From a virus (taxonomy: Duplodnaviria; Caudoviricetes): DNA of 56,418 nucleotides. The number at the start of each line of letters is the position of its first letter. Within the stretch, counting starts at the first letter, position 1. Made by a program: the position numbers and the translations under genes. The stretch is taken from positions 1 to 56,418 of IMG/VR virus record IMGVR_UViG_3300049595_000896; one strand, given 5' to 3'. This document shows positions 9,134 to 20,000 of this stretch, piece by piece. The notes under the pieces were generated by a model. That model ran no database searches. It saw nothing but the letters and a program-made list of their open reading frames with translations, and had not been told where the DNA came from.

Positions 9134-9384
9134 CAGACGAAGAAGTAGATAATGTTATCAACGTAGACTTTGATCGGCGCTCTCAGGTTAAAGAAGTTCT
9201 CACTAGCGCATACGCATACGTGTCCGAAGCAAAAAGCATAGGGGACGTGGTGCTCGTGGTTACTACAGGGGATTCAGTCGCGTTGTTTTCTACAAAGATA
9301 AAGTACCCTGAAGTCTTTGCATACCTGATGGAATTTCTCAAAGATAAGATACTGGAAGAGGGGATCTTCGATGACTACAACTAG
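9130..9384 (+). CDS. Hypothetical protein
   Basis: Translationally coupled to polA (GTGA overlap). Confidence 0.7.
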   Translation: MTDEEVDNVINVDFDRRSQVKEVLTSAYAYVSEAKSIGDVVLVVTTGDSVALFSTKIKYPEVFAYLMEFLKDKILEEGIFDDYN

Positions 9385-9589
9385 AGATAAACTCGAACTC
9401 GAAGCTGACAAAGCATGGGAAGAGTGGGAGATAGCGGAACGCTGGTGGCTTGAGTCAGGAGGTATATATACAGCATCCGTTGCAGAAGAAAACGCTTGGA
9501 ACAATTATCTCCGGGCGGTCAACAAGTTGAACACTTTCATAGGGGAGCAGAACGCCAAGCACCAAGTGCGTATAACAGAGAACGGATGA
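9371..9589 (+). CDS. Hypothetical protein
   Basis: Operon context. Confidence 0.65.
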   Translation: MTTTRDKLELEADKAWEEWEIAERWWLESGGIYTASVAEENAWNNYLRAVNKLNTFIGEQNAKHQVRITENG

Positions 9590-9592
9590 GCT

Positions 9593-10258
9593 ATGACCAC
9601 ACTCGAAACACTGGCGCATTCGTATTCATCCCTCAAGCTTTTTGATAACTGCCCTAAAAGATACTACCACGAACGAATATCCCGGGAGGTAAGACAAGAG
9701 ACCGGGGAGGCGCAACTGCACGGCGAGCGCGTGCATAAAGCCTTGGAAAAGAAACTACTTAAAGAGGAGGAACTGCCACCAGATCTGGATAAATTCACGA
9801 CTGTATGCGATAAACTCATTAACTCTAGCGGAGAACTTCTACCAGAGAACAAACTTGCATTGAATAAAAATTTCTTGCCCACATCTTGGATGGGCGACGA
9901 CACGTGGCTTCGATGTCAGATCGATGTATTAGTTGTTGACAATTCGAAAGCTACCGTACTAGACTGGAAGACTGGCAAAAGACGACCCGACCCTTTTCAA
10001 CTTCTAGTAGCAGCCGTAATGGTGTTCGCTCACTGGGAGAATATAGAAAACATAGACGCCGGGTTTTTCTGGTTGCCAGATAAGAAGATCGATCCGTATA
10101 ACTACAAGCGGAGCGAGTACGAACAACTAGTTAGAACTATTAAACTTAAAACCAACAGAGTGGAAGAAGCATTCGTGCATGATGTATGGCCCGCAAAACC
10201 AAGTGGGCTCTGTAAATCCTGCCCGTGCAGATCTTTCTGCCTGTATGCAAGGAAATAA
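9593..10258 (+). CDS. PD-(D/E)XK Cas4/RecB-like exonuclease
   Basis: SYSSL...CP, HG..VH, ID..., DWKTG, QL, C-terminal CxxCxxxxxC. Confidence 0.9.
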   Translation: MTTLETLAHSYSSLKLFDNCPKRYYHERISREVRQETGEAQLHGERVHKALEKKLLKEEELPPDLDKFTTVCDKLINSSGELLPENKLALNKNFLPTSWMGDDTWLRCQIDVLVVDNSKATVLDWKTGKRRPDPFQLLVAAVMVFAHWENIENIDAGFFWLPDKKIDPYNYKRSEYEQLVRTIKLKTNRVEEAFVHDVWPAKPSGLCKSCPCRSFCLYARK

Positions 10259-10260
10259 AA

Positions 10261-10608
10261 ATGGATATCGAGACACTATACTCAGAACTTAAAATGGCTA
10301 CGAACGAACTTAAATTCGCTCAGCTTCAACGGGAAAGCTTAGATAAACAAGTACACGCAGCCGAAAAGAAAGTGCGGGATCTTGTCAACCAGCTGGCCAA
10401 AGCATCAGGAGTAACTGCGGGGAACAACTCCAAGGTAGCCCGCGCTTCCTACAGTGCAGCTGACGACGAGACGCTCAAGCAAATGTGGGAAGCTAACAAA
10501 ACCGCTCGGGAGATAGCTCTCGCACTGGGCAAAAAGTCGTCTAGTGTAAACTCCCGTATCGCCAGACTTGGACTGAGCCGCAGACCCCGGTCTAAGGAAC
10601 AGGCATGA
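10261..10608 (+). CDS. Coiled-coil protein with C-terminal GcrA-like HTH
   Basis: DETLKQMWEANKTAREIALALG...V.SRIARLGLSRR resembles the GcrA N-terminal HTH. Confidence 0.7.
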   Translation: MDIETLYSELKMATNELKFAQLQRESLDKQVHAAEKKVRDLVNQLAKASGVTAGNNSKVARASYSAADDETLKQMWEANKTAREIALALGKKSSSVNSRIARLGLSRRPRSKEQA

Positions 10609-10937
10609 GCCGATCAACTCCCGAAAACCGCGTAAAGAAGCTACTGGATACAATGCTCAAGACTGAGCGCGTCTGGTTCTTCGCGCCGCAAGCGGGTCCG
10701 TACGGGCATGCTGGCATACCTGACAGGGTTGCGTGTGTTTTCGGGAGGTTTGTCGGGATAGAATGTAAAGCGGACAAGAGCAAGAAGCCGACCGCCTTAC
10801 AGGAACTCTGCGCTAAACGCATACACGACGCAGGCGGCGCATGGTTCCTAGTCTATGATGAAGAGACCATAGAAAAAGTGCGGGAGTTTATCCATGATTG
10901 TCGTCGAGCCAGCCAAAGCGTTAGCTCTGAAACTTAA
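10605..10937 (+). CDS. VRR-NUC nuclease
   Basis: TPE..V, GIPD, FVGIECKA, PTALQ, AGG. Confidence 0.92.
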   Translation: MSRSTPENRVKKLLDTMLKTERVWFFAPQAGPYGHAGIPDRVACVFGRFVGIECKADKSKKPTALQELCAKRIHDAGGAWFLVYDEETIEKVREFIHDCRRASQSVSSET

Positions 10938-12447
10938 CAACCCGGGACGAGTATTATCTACCATACCAACAGCAAGACTGCTGCATAAAGACGGGATAGA
11001 CCTGACGATTGTCCCGCATAAACTTGATGAAGTCAAAGTACTAAGAAACCTAGGCATCAGAGCCCCATCCCCAATACTTTACTACTACAACTGGCCCGGG
11101 CGCTTCAAACCCTACGAACACCAGCGCAAGACTGCTGAGTTCCTGACCCTGCATAAGCGTGCGCTTGTGCTCAACGAGATTGGCACAGGCAAATCTATCA
11201 GCGCACTGTGGGCTGCTGACTACCTGATGACACGCAACGAGATCCGTAAGGTTCTTATTGTGTCTCCCTTGTCCACACTTGAGCGGGTGTGGGGTGATGC
11301 TATCTTTACCGAACTTGTTCACCGTAAAGCGGTGACGTTGCACGGCACTTCCGAGCGCCGCATGAAGCTGCTCAAAGCTGACGCAGACTTCTACATCGTC
11401 AACCATGATGGGTTCCAGATCATAGCCGATGCTGCGCATGGTATGTTTGATCTTGTCATTGTCGACGAGGCCGCAGTGCTGCGTAACCCGGGGACCAAGA
11501 AGTTCAAGGCGTTCAGGCGGTGGCTGCAGGAGAACCCACAGACGTGGGCGTGGCTCATGACGGGGACGCCTACACCCAACGAACCTACTGATGCATGGGC
11601 GCTGGCCCGCCTGATCGACAGCCCTATGTGTAACATGCCTTACACAGCATTCAGAGAGAAGGTTATGCAGAGGGTGGGTCCATACCGCATGGTCCCTCGC
11701 CCCGAAGCTACCGAGATTGCAAGCCAGATGTTGCAGCCAAGCGTGCGGTTCACCCGTGACGAGTGCTTCGACCTGCCCGAAACAGTTATACAAACTCGTA
11801 AAGTTAGCTTGACGAGCGAGCAGGAGAAGCACTATAAGAGCATGATGAAGACGCTGATGGCAGACTTGGCAGGAGGGCAGATCACTGCTGCGAACGACGC
11901 AGTCAAGGCGTTGAAACTAATACAGATATGTTGTGGCGTAGCCTACGGAGAAGACGGCAAGCACATCCATCTGGACTGTGCGCCTAGGGTCAACGCAGTC
12001 AAGGAGTTGATCGAAGAGGTCGGGGATAAAGTCATTATCTTTGTGCCCTTAACAGGCACGTTACGTATGTTAGAGGAGGAACTCGGCAAGCACTATACTG
12101 TGGGCGTGGTCAATGGGGAGGTGCCAAGTTCCAAGCGGGACGTGATCTTCCATAACTTCCAGAACCACAAGGACCCACACATACTTATCGCCCACCCCGC
12201 CACCATGGCGCACGGGCTGACACTGACTGCGGCGCGGACCATCATCTGGTATGGGCCGATCAACAGCAACGAGACTTATGTCCAAGCATGCGGGAGGATC
12301 GAACGTATAGGCAAGAAGTATACATCCAACATCATACACATAGAGGCCACAGAACTAGAACACCGGATGTACGAAAGACTTAAGAACAAGCAGAGCGTGC
12401 AGGGTGTCCTACTGGATCTCATACAGCAACAAAGGGGTGCGATATGA
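10894..12447 (+). CDS. SNF2-family helicase
   Basis: GTGKS, VDEA, MTGTP, HGLTL, QACGRIER.G. Confidence 0.93.
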   Translation: MIVVEPAKALALKLNNPGRVLSTIPTARLLHKDGIDLTIVPHKLDEVKVLRNLGIRAPSPILYYYNWPGRFKPYEHQRKTAEFLTLHKRALVLNEIGTGKSISALWAADYLMTRNEIRKVLIVSPLSTLERVWGDAIFTELVHRKAVTLHGTSERRMKLLKADADFYIVNHDGFQIIADAAHGMFDLVIVDEAAVLRNPGTKKFKAFRRWLQENPQTWAWLMTGTPTPNEPTDAWALARLIDSPMCNMPYTAFREKVMQRVGPYRMVPRPEATEIASQMLQPSVRFTRDECFDLPETVIQTRKVSLTSEQEKHYKSMMKTLMADLAGGQITAANDAVKALKLIQICCGVAYGEDGKHIHLDCAPRVNAVKELIEEVGDKVIIFVPLTGTLRMLEEELGKHYTVGVVNGEVPSSKRDVIFHNFQNHKDPHILIAHPATMAHGLTLTAARTIIWYGPINSNETYVQACGRIERIGKKYTSNIIHIEATELEHRMYERLKNKQSVQGVLLDLIQQQRGAI

Positions 12448-12839
12448 CATTGACAGTTGATGGCGTCATTGAGGGGTACCTCAAACTGCGCGCCAAGAAG
12501 CAGGCCATAGAGGCCGAAACAAAAGAAAGACTATCTGTTATAGAAGCTAACATGGATAAACTTGAAGCATGGCTGAAACTTAAGGCGGAAGAGACAGGAG
12601 TAACCAGCTTCAAGACAGACAACGGCACAGCTTTCCTGACCACAGTCGACTTCGCCAACGTGGCAGACTGGGACGCCGTGCTTGCACATATCAAAACTAA
12701 CGGAGCCTACGACATGCTGGAGAAGCGTGTCAGCAAGATGGCAGTGCGTGCGTACATCGAGATGCACCGCGCCGTTCCTCCCGGAATTAACTACGGTACG
12801 AAACTAGAAGTAAGCGTCCGCAAACCTGCGGCATCATGA
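12444..12839 (+). CDS. Conserved phage replication-region protein
   Basis: Coiled-coil N-terminus; VADWD, LEKRVS, PPG pattern. Confidence 0.75.
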   Translation: MTLTVDGVIEGYLKLRAKKQAIEAETKERLSVIEANMDKLEAWLKLKAEETGVTSFKTDNGTAFLTTVDFANVADWDAVLAHIKTNGAYDMLEKRVSKMAVRAYIEMHRAVPPGINYGTKLEVSVRKPAAS

Positions 12840-12853
12840 CAGAAAGGCATAAC

Positions 12854-13888
12854 ATGACCAATCTTATTCCGGCTAACGTCAACATCCCCGCCCATCTGGC
12901 CAACAGGATCGGCGCACCCTCATCCCTGAGCAAGGCGCTGAGCGGTGGCATCGGTGGCAGCACAGACATCATCCCCAAGATCAGTATCAAAGGCTCGCGG
13001 TTCCGCATTGTGGAAGGCAAGACCGAGACTGTACTGAACACGTTGACTCTTGATGTCATCATCGTGGGTGCTAACCCCCGCCTGTCCAAGACCTACTACG
13101 CTGCACAGTGGTCGCCTGAGAGCGAGCCTGCCTCGCCTGACTGCTGGTCCATGGACGGCATCCGTCCTCATCCTGACGCAGCTAACCCGCAGCATGACAT
13201 GTGTCAGGGCTGCCCCCAGAATGCATGGGGCTCGAAGGTGACTGCACAGGGCAAGGAGATCAAAGCCTGCTCTGACAAGAAGCGTCTCGCTGTGGTCGCA
13301 GCGGATGACCCCGGTGGTCCGGTCTACCTGCTGGAAGTTACACCGGCTGCGTTGCAGGGACTGGGCAAGTACCAGAAGGAACTGTCATCCCGTGGCATTC
13401 CTGTAGAGATCGTGCGTACAGTGGTTGGCTTTGATACGGACGCCAGTTTCCCCAAGCTTAACTTCAAGTTTGGCGGGTTCATCAACGAAGAAGCGCAGAA
13501 CCTGACTGCTCCTCTTCTGGATAGCGAGGAGGTAATGAATGTCACAGGACAAGCCGAAGGGTCAACGCATCAGGACGCAGGACTTCCCAGCCCGGCCCCG
13601 GTCCTTCCTGCTCCCCCGCCTCCGCCGCCCCCGCCTCCGCCGCCCGCACCCGCTCAAGCTAAGAGAGGATTTGCTTCTCAGGCCAGTGTGCTGGCTCCTC
13701 CTGCCAATCTTTCTGTGGTTCGCCCTAGTCCAGCTAGCACTGGCGATAGCGGCAATAGTGATGGTGGGGTTGGCGCTGCTGTAAAACGCGGGCGTCCGGC
13801 CAAGGTCGCGACCCCTGAGCCTCAGGCCAGTTCGTCTCTGGTTGATGATATCACATCTCTGCTGGCGGGGATGGCGAGCGATGACTAA
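12854..13888 (+). CDS. Putative ssDNA-binding/annealing protein with Cys cluster and poly-Pro linker
   Basis: ISIKGSRF; PDCWS.DG..P, C..CP.N.WGS, KAC; disordered Pro-rich tail and acidic end. Confidence 0.6.
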   Translation: MTNLIPANVNIPAHLANRIGAPSSLSKALSGGIGGSTDIIPKISIKGSRFRIVEGKTETVLNTLTLDVIIVGANPRLSKTYYAAQWSPESEPASPDCWSMDGIRPHPDAANPQHDMCQGCPQNAWGSKVTAQGKEIKACSDKKRLAVVAADDPGGPVYLLEVTPAALQGLGKYQKELSSRGIPVEIVRTVVGFDTDASFPKLNFKFGGFINEEAQNLTAPLLDSEEVMNVTGQAEGSTHQDAGLPSPAPVLPAPPPPPPPPPPPAPAQAKRGFASQASVLAPPANLSVVRPSPASTGDSGNSDGGVGAAVKRGRPAKVATPEPQASSSLVDDITSLLAGMASDD

Positions 13889-14165
13889 GTTCGAGCACGC
13901 TCCTGTCGACTTCAATAAAGTAGAAAGCTTGCGCAGGCATATGCTTCTCAACACTTCGGATATGGCGAAGCTGCTGGGAGTAAGCCGGGTGACTTACTAC
14001 AACTGGGTCAGAGGGAAACCTGTCAGGAAAAACAATGTGATACAGGTGAAGAACACTCTTCGTGGTCTTCTCAATGTGATGACTACTCACAGCTGGCCAC
14101 AGCCACACGTGATAGCCATGGAGCCTAATCAAAGGCTCGAAAAGTTACTTGAGCTTCTTAAATAA
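13881..14165 (+). CDS. XRE-family HTH protein
   Basis: DMAKLLGVSRVTYYNWVRG. Confidence 0.85.
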   Translation: MTKFEHAPVDFNKVESLRRHMLLNTSDMAKLLGVSRVTYYNWVRGKPVRKNNVIQVKNTLRGLLNVMTTHSWPQPHVIAMEPNQRLEKLLELLK

Positions 14166-14176
14166 CTCAGCTTACT

Positions 14177-14201
14177 GTGCGAGGGGTAGCACCCCTCGCA
14201 C
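14177..14201. promoter_or_regulatory. Perfect 11-bp hairpin directly upstream of the primase RBS
   Basis: GTGCGAGGGGT-AGC-ACCCCTCGCAC with no U-tract. Confidence 0.55.
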
Positions 14202-14215
14202 GAAAGGGCTCGCAA

Positions 14216-17080
14216 ATGGACACGCTGGAGTTCTTCCGGCGAGTTCTTCCGTCTTCTGGGTATTACTGTGCCTTCAATGTGGACAACAGGCAGCACGGTT
14301 TTTTCTCAACAGTCGAAGAACTGGCTAGCATCTCCGTTCGCATGGACGAGATGGGGAGAAATACCTACTACGCGATATCATCTTTTATAGAAAAGAAGGG
14401 GAGGAAGCAAGCAAATGTCAAAGCAACCAAGGTCATCGCCCTCGATGTAGATGTCGGCAAGTACGACGCAGCCGGGGAGCTACGCAATAGTTATGCCACG
14501 TTGCAGGATGCAGGCGTAGCTGTCGCCCAGTTCATAACCAAGACAGGACTGCCAGATCCGCTGATGGTGTTCAGCGGCAATGGTCTGCACATGTACTGGG
14601 TAATGACACGCGACCTGACGCCCGAGGAGTGGCAGCCTCTGGCGTCTGCGCTCAAGATACTCGCCGCAAGGCATATCATAATCGACCCGGCAGTGACAGA
14701 GGACAGCGCCCGTGTGCTGCGTGCTGTCGGCATAACCAACAGGAACAGCGGCAAGAAGGCTCAGTTATTACGCGATGCGTCAGACGTCGACCCACTCGAC
14801 TTCGCCCGGGCTCTCGGCGCTTCAGGTGTAGCCCCCCCACCGCAGGCACAACCGTCCCGCAAGACTACACTACTGGATAACTTGGCTGTAAAGACTGACC
14901 ACCCGCTGGGTGTTGCGTCCGTCATCATGTCCAAATGCCAGCAGGTTAAGGACGCAGTCTCTAAACCAGAGAGCGTGCCCGAGCCCCTGTGGTATGCTCT
15001 TATAGGCGTGGCGGCGCACTGCGAGAACCCCGAACAGACAGCCATAGAGTGGAGCAAGGGGCACCCCGAGTTCTCTCATGTGGAGACTCTGCGTAAGCTG
15101 GAGCAGTGGAAGAAGAACGCCACCGGCCCGACACTCTGCACCAAGTTCGAGAGCGAGAACCCTGACGGATGTAAAAGTTGCAGGCTGAAGGGGCGTATCG
15201 CATCGCCTGTCCATACAGGGCAGACCTATAAAGAAGTTGACCAGAGCGCAGCACCCGACCCCATAGCGCAGGCAGTCCCGCTTCCCAAGCCGTTCAAGCG
15301 CACGGCGCAGGGCATCAAGATGGTTATCGACGGCGTCGACACAGACGTATGTAGCTTCGACATCTACCCTACAAGCTATGGCAAGGACGAGATGCTGGGC
15401 TATGAAGTTGCGCGGTTTATGTGGGACAGATCCCATGTAGGATGGCAACCGCTTGTACTCAGGCAGGCGCTACTGACTGATGGGCACAGGGAGTTTGCTA
15501 CTGCACTGGCGGATCAGGGTATTATATTCCAGCACAAGAAGCTGACAGAAAGTTTCCAGTATATGCTGCGGTCCTATCTAGATAGCTTAAAGAAAACTAC
15601 CCGTATGACGAACCTGTATTCGTCAATGGGCTGGAAAGAAGACTTCTCCCAGTTTGTCATGGGCGACTCTGTAATACGTCTTGACGAGAGTGGGTCCGCA
15701 CAGGAAGAGCAGATCACTTTATCTGCACCCATGCAACGCCAAGGCTCTGAGTTGTGGGAGACCAAGGGCAGCCTTAAGGCGCAGGTGGACGGGCTCGCAG
15801 TACTCGAACGCGCAGATATGCCATGGCACATGTTCGCCATAGGCGTCATGCTAAGCGCCCCGCTCTACGAGTTCACCGGTCTCAAGGGGCTGACTGTCTC
15901 GCTCAACGGACCCACTGGCGGCGGCAAAACCCTGACGCAGTTGTGGGGCCAGAGCCTTTGGGGCAACCCGGACAAGCTGCACTTCACTTCTAAGTTCACA
16001 ATCAACGCGCTGTTTAACCGTATGTCGCTCTACCGCAACATGCCGATGACTGTAGACGAAGCGACTATGATGAACCCCAAAGACATAGGGGACTTCCTGT
16101 ACTCAGTCACGCAGGGCGCAGACAAGATCCGCCTTAACCGCAACACTGAAGAGCGCGACAGCAAGCCTTACTTCATACCTGTTGTACTCAGTACCAACAC
16201 AAGCATCGCATCGATGCTGATCTCTGCGGGCTCAGAGACAGAAGCCCAGATGGCCAGACTATTGGAGATAAACATACCATCGCATCCGCTGTTCTCCCGG
16301 GACAGCAACGCAGGCAAGATGATCTACAACCATATACATAATAACTACGGACACATAGGCCGGGCGTTTGTGTCCAAGCTGCTGGAGCTAGGACCGCAGT
16401 CCCTCAAGGACATGATTAACCGGCACTATGATCTGTTCAAAAAGAAATACAAAGCCAGCTTTGGCGGGCAGGAGAGATACTGGGAGGCGGCGGTTGTGCT
16501 TGCCGACATGGCCTTCCACCTTGCCCACAGCTGGGGCCTTGTGCCGTTCAAGTACGAACGCTGCATAGAGTGGATGCTCATACAACTGGGAGCGATACGC
16601 AAGGCTGTGGCCGACATCAAGCGCGACACGTTTGACCTGATCTCCGAGTACGTCAACGACCATGCGTCTGTGCTTGTGACCGTTATGCATACAGCAGGGA
16701 TGAAGCCGCAGGCAGACCACCTGCGCATGCCCCGGGAGGACATACGTATAAGGCTGGACCTCTACAGGAAGTCGCTTAACGACAGGTTCGACAAGGGTAC
16801 CATGCTCATGGACCGCGTCCACTTCCGTCGTTGGCTCGCAGAGAAGCGGTACGATTACCGTACTGTACTGCAGGACCTCAACGCTGAGAATGTCATTGCC
16901 AGTCCGAAGAGTGGCAAGGCTTATCTTGGCAAAGACACAGTCGCCAAGACTGCACAGACCTACGTTATAGGAGTGAACCTCAACCATCCGCGCCTTGTCG
17001 GTATCATCGACGACACCGAAGCATCCATCATGGACCTGACGCTAGGTCAGCTTCACTCTGTGCCTTCGTCAAGTCCGTAG
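14216..17080 (+). CDS. Primase-helicase (AEP/RepB-like N-terminus, Cys-cluster domain, DUF927/SF3-like ATPase)
   Basis: LDVD, SGNGLHMYW, D.ARVLR; EPLW and C..C cluster; MGW; GPTGGGKT; VDE. Confidence 0.88.
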   Translation: MDTLEFFRRVLPSSGYYCAFNVDNRQHGFFSTVEELASISVRMDEMGRNTYYAISSFIEKKGRKQANVKATKVIALDVDVGKYDAAGELRNSYATLQDAGVAVAQFITKTGLPDPLMVFSGNGLHMYWVMTRDLTPEEWQPLASALKILAARHIIIDPAVTEDSARVLRAVGITNRNSGKKAQLLRDASDVDPLDFARALGASGVAPPPQAQPSRKTTLLDNLAVKTDHPLGVASVIMSKCQQVKDAVSKPESVPEPLWYALIGVAAHCENPEQTAIEWSKGHPEFSHVETLRKLEQWKKNATGPTLCTKFESENPDGCKSCRLKGRIASPVHTGQTYKEVDQSAAPDPIAQAVPLPKPFKRTAQGIKMVIDGVDTDVCSFDIYPTSYGKDEMLGYEVARFMWDRSHVGWQPLVLRQALLTDGHREFATALADQGIIFQHKKLTESFQYMLRSYLDSLKKTTRMTNLYSSMGWKEDFSQFVMGDSVIRLDESGSAQEEQITLSAPMQRQGSELWETKGSLKAQVDGLAVLERADMPWHMFAIGVMLSAPLYEFTGLKGLTVSLNGPTGGGKTLTQLWGQSLWGNPDKLHFTSKFTINALFNRMSLYRNMPMTVDEATMMNPKDIGDFLYSVTQGADKIRLNRNTEERDSKPYFIPVVLSTNTSIASMLISAGSETEAQMARLLEINIPSHPLFSRDSNAGKMIYNHIHNNYGHIGRAFVSKLLELGPQSLKDMINRHYDLFKKKYKASFGGQERYWEAAVVLADMAFHLAHSWGLVPFKYERCIEWMLIQLGAIRKAVADIKRDTFDLISEYVNDHASVLVTVMHTAGMKPQADHLRMPREDIRIRLDLYRKSLNDRFDKGTMLMDRVHFRRWLAEKRYDYRTVLQDLNAENVIASPKSGKAYLGKDTVAKTAQTYVIGVNLNHPRLVGIIDDTEASIMDLTLGQLHSVPSSSP

Positions 17081-20000
17081 ATGTTTATCAGGTCTTCGAC
17101 CATACCCTTGGAAGCCTCGGGGGCGACCTTGAGATAACGTGCGGCGGCGGGTGTCGCAGCCTCCTTGGCTGACTTGATTGCGTTCCTCTCGAAGTCACGG
17201 ATGAAGAACTCCGTGCCTCTGGCTCCCTCGTTGAACCTGCGTACATCCTCCAGAGTTTCGCGCATACGGGCATAGTCTTTCTTGAGGTAAGCCTGCACGT
17301 ATCTGGAACGGAAGTCGGCTTTGAGTGCCTTGGCGTAGTCTGCTGCATATGTGCTAAGCCGGATCGCTGTGTTGCTATTCGCTGCTTCTGTTGGATAGAA
17401 GCCAAGCATGCGGCCAATGATGACCGTCATTGAGACATCGTTTGAAACGACCCTACCTTTCGCGTCCGTTATACGTCCGTCACTGAGATAGGTAAGTCCA
17501 TCCGCGAACCCTTTGATGCCAGACGATGGAGCGTTACGCAGGATCTCGGGCAAGGTAGCTTTCTCATACCCAACACCCAGTTGAGCAGCCCCCCAGTGCG
17601 CCAGCTGGAAGCTTGTATCAAGCGTACCGTACATGGCGGAGAAGACAGGACCAGCAAGCTCCATAAGTTCGCGGCCAGTGTCTGCGCCTGCGCGGGCTAT
17701 GCCCATTGCAGGGACGGGGGCCCCCATGCCTGTCTTGCTTGCGATATCCAGCCCAGCAAGGTTGGCGAGCCCGTTCATACCAACTGCACCAAGCCCCGGT
17801 GCTATTCCTTCCAGCATTTCCAGAGCCGCAGCTTCAATGCTGCCGAGCGGGATATCAAAGAACTGCGCAAGCGTGTCGATAAGATCAAACAAGTTCTCTG
17901 CAAACGGAAGACCTTTGAACCCAGCCAGTATCAGCACAGCCGCGAGATAATACATCTTCCCTTTGAGGGGCAGGGCGGCAACCATCTGCACCGTTATGAC
18001 CACGATCATCTTGTACATAAAGATGAACTGCGTGAAGTGGTTACGGAAAAGTTCCGGTCTGTTGTAAAGGCTGTAGTCGCCGTTAGTTTTATCGACTGCT
18101 GTTCCAGCCTGCCTGTAGACATCCTTGAACGCCTCGCTCTGGAGAAGCGCCAGTTTATTCTTTGCGGTAAATTCGGCTTCAGGTATTCCAGCAGCAACAG
18201 CGCGTTTTCTATACAGTCTATACGCTGCAAGAGCGGTTGCTCTGCGGCTGAGCTGCTCAGTATAAGTGAACATACCCATCCAAACTTTTTCGGCTTTAGC
18301 TTGGATGTTTGACTTGACGCCACCGCGTGCGGTCTGAAGAAGCGTGTTGGTCAGCGCCGGCTGGAGGTTGCCTTCTTCTGTTTGGTTGAGAAGGAACACA
18401 GCTTCATCAAACGTAAGTCCGTATTTGCCGTACTCATTTTTGTCGATCATCTGGCGCAGGGACTCTGCGTCATTGAAGACAAAATCCCTCAGCTGGTTCA
18501 GAGCTTGGATAACTTCCTGAGACGCCGCAGTCAGGCCGAACCCACCACCGTAACCACGCTGGGCGTTATGAGTGCCAAGGTACGGGATGACGTTGAATAC
18601 GATAGTTACGAGGTTGAGCAGGGCAGACGAGAAATTCATACCCAGTTGCAGCAGGACTGCAAAGTTCTTGAGCGGAGCCGCCGTCTCTGTCAGGAACCCC
18701 TGTGTGCTGTCTATGATATTAGTAGACTGCGCGTAGAAGGTAAGCAGTCTCTTGGCTTCGTCCCGATACCGCTCACCATATCCTTTGGTCTCTAGTTTCT
18801 CATTGCCGATCTTGATTATCTCGGGAGCGTTGGGCTTCCTGTCCGCCATGTGTACATAGCGGTAAGCATATTCAGCATAACGCTGAGCCGCAATTGTTAC
18901 CAGTGCTTGGTTGCCACTCGCCTTTGCGTCTTCTAGTTCCCGCTCCAGTCGCTTGAGCAGTTCCCTGTCGCCCCTCCAGTTCTTGTCGTTGGACATGATC
19001 TCGTCGGTGCGGAACGAGTACCGGTTCTTGGATGCAACATGTGCCCCGGTCTGCGTGTCAATACTCACGCTCTGTATAATATCCGGGTCCCAGCCAACCG
19101 TACCAGAACGCAGAAGAACGCGGCGGATGGCGTCTTCCATACCCGTCAGCGCCTGTATGACGTTGACTTGCTCCTGTGCAGTGAGGTTGACGTTGATCTT
19201 GGTCAGCGCCCGCAGGAAGTCGCTGAAGTCTATGGCATGACCAAGCGGCGGGTTCTTGGCCGTCTCGGATGTAGTGACACGGAACTTCACCGTTACAGAT
19301 TTCTCTGAGTAGTTATCCCGAGCATAGTCATCAGTCGGGAGCAGGAACTCCCGGTTCTCAAAAACAGACAGCCGGGAAGCAATCATGGTTGCTTCGTCTT
19401 CGTCCGCCGCCATGTAGAACGGAAGTTGTGACCTGATGCCATCACCAATAGTAACGACCCTGCCTGTGTCAGGATCGTACGCTTCCAGCCTGACATTCCA
19501 TTTGCCCCTGCGCAGCAGCGGCACGTAACCCATACCAATAGTGCGCTTGGCGTTCTGTTCCGCCAGTACCAATGTCTGCTCTTCAGCAGCCAAGTTGGTG
19601 AAGATAGGTTTGATGAACCCTATCTGATGACTTTTTGTGATCCCAAGCTGGTTCATCTCGGGAATCTTGTCGACGATATGTTTGAACGCAGGATCTTTAT
19701 AGTATTTGGCAGCAGGCGTATCCGCTGTGCCTTCCGCCCAGTCCTTGACCTTAGCCTTGTCATGCAAGGCCATCATCACTTCGACAACAAACTCCATACC
19801 CCTGCCGATAGTCTTGGCGGTGGGCAGTGAAACAACTTCGAGTTTGCCCTTGTCGTTCTCGGCGAGATGGATAAGCTCCATGTACTTGTCGCGCAGATCG
19901 TAGAAGAACTTGAGCTGGTCCGGGGTCAACGGCGCTTTGGACGCCGTCTGTATCCTTGCGAACTTGTCGTTAGTTTCTTTTATGAGTTCGAGATACCGCT

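Noticed and set aside
9593-10258. CRISPR-associated Cas4
   Set aside because: No array or other cas genes; solo Cas4-like exonucleases are common in phage replication modules
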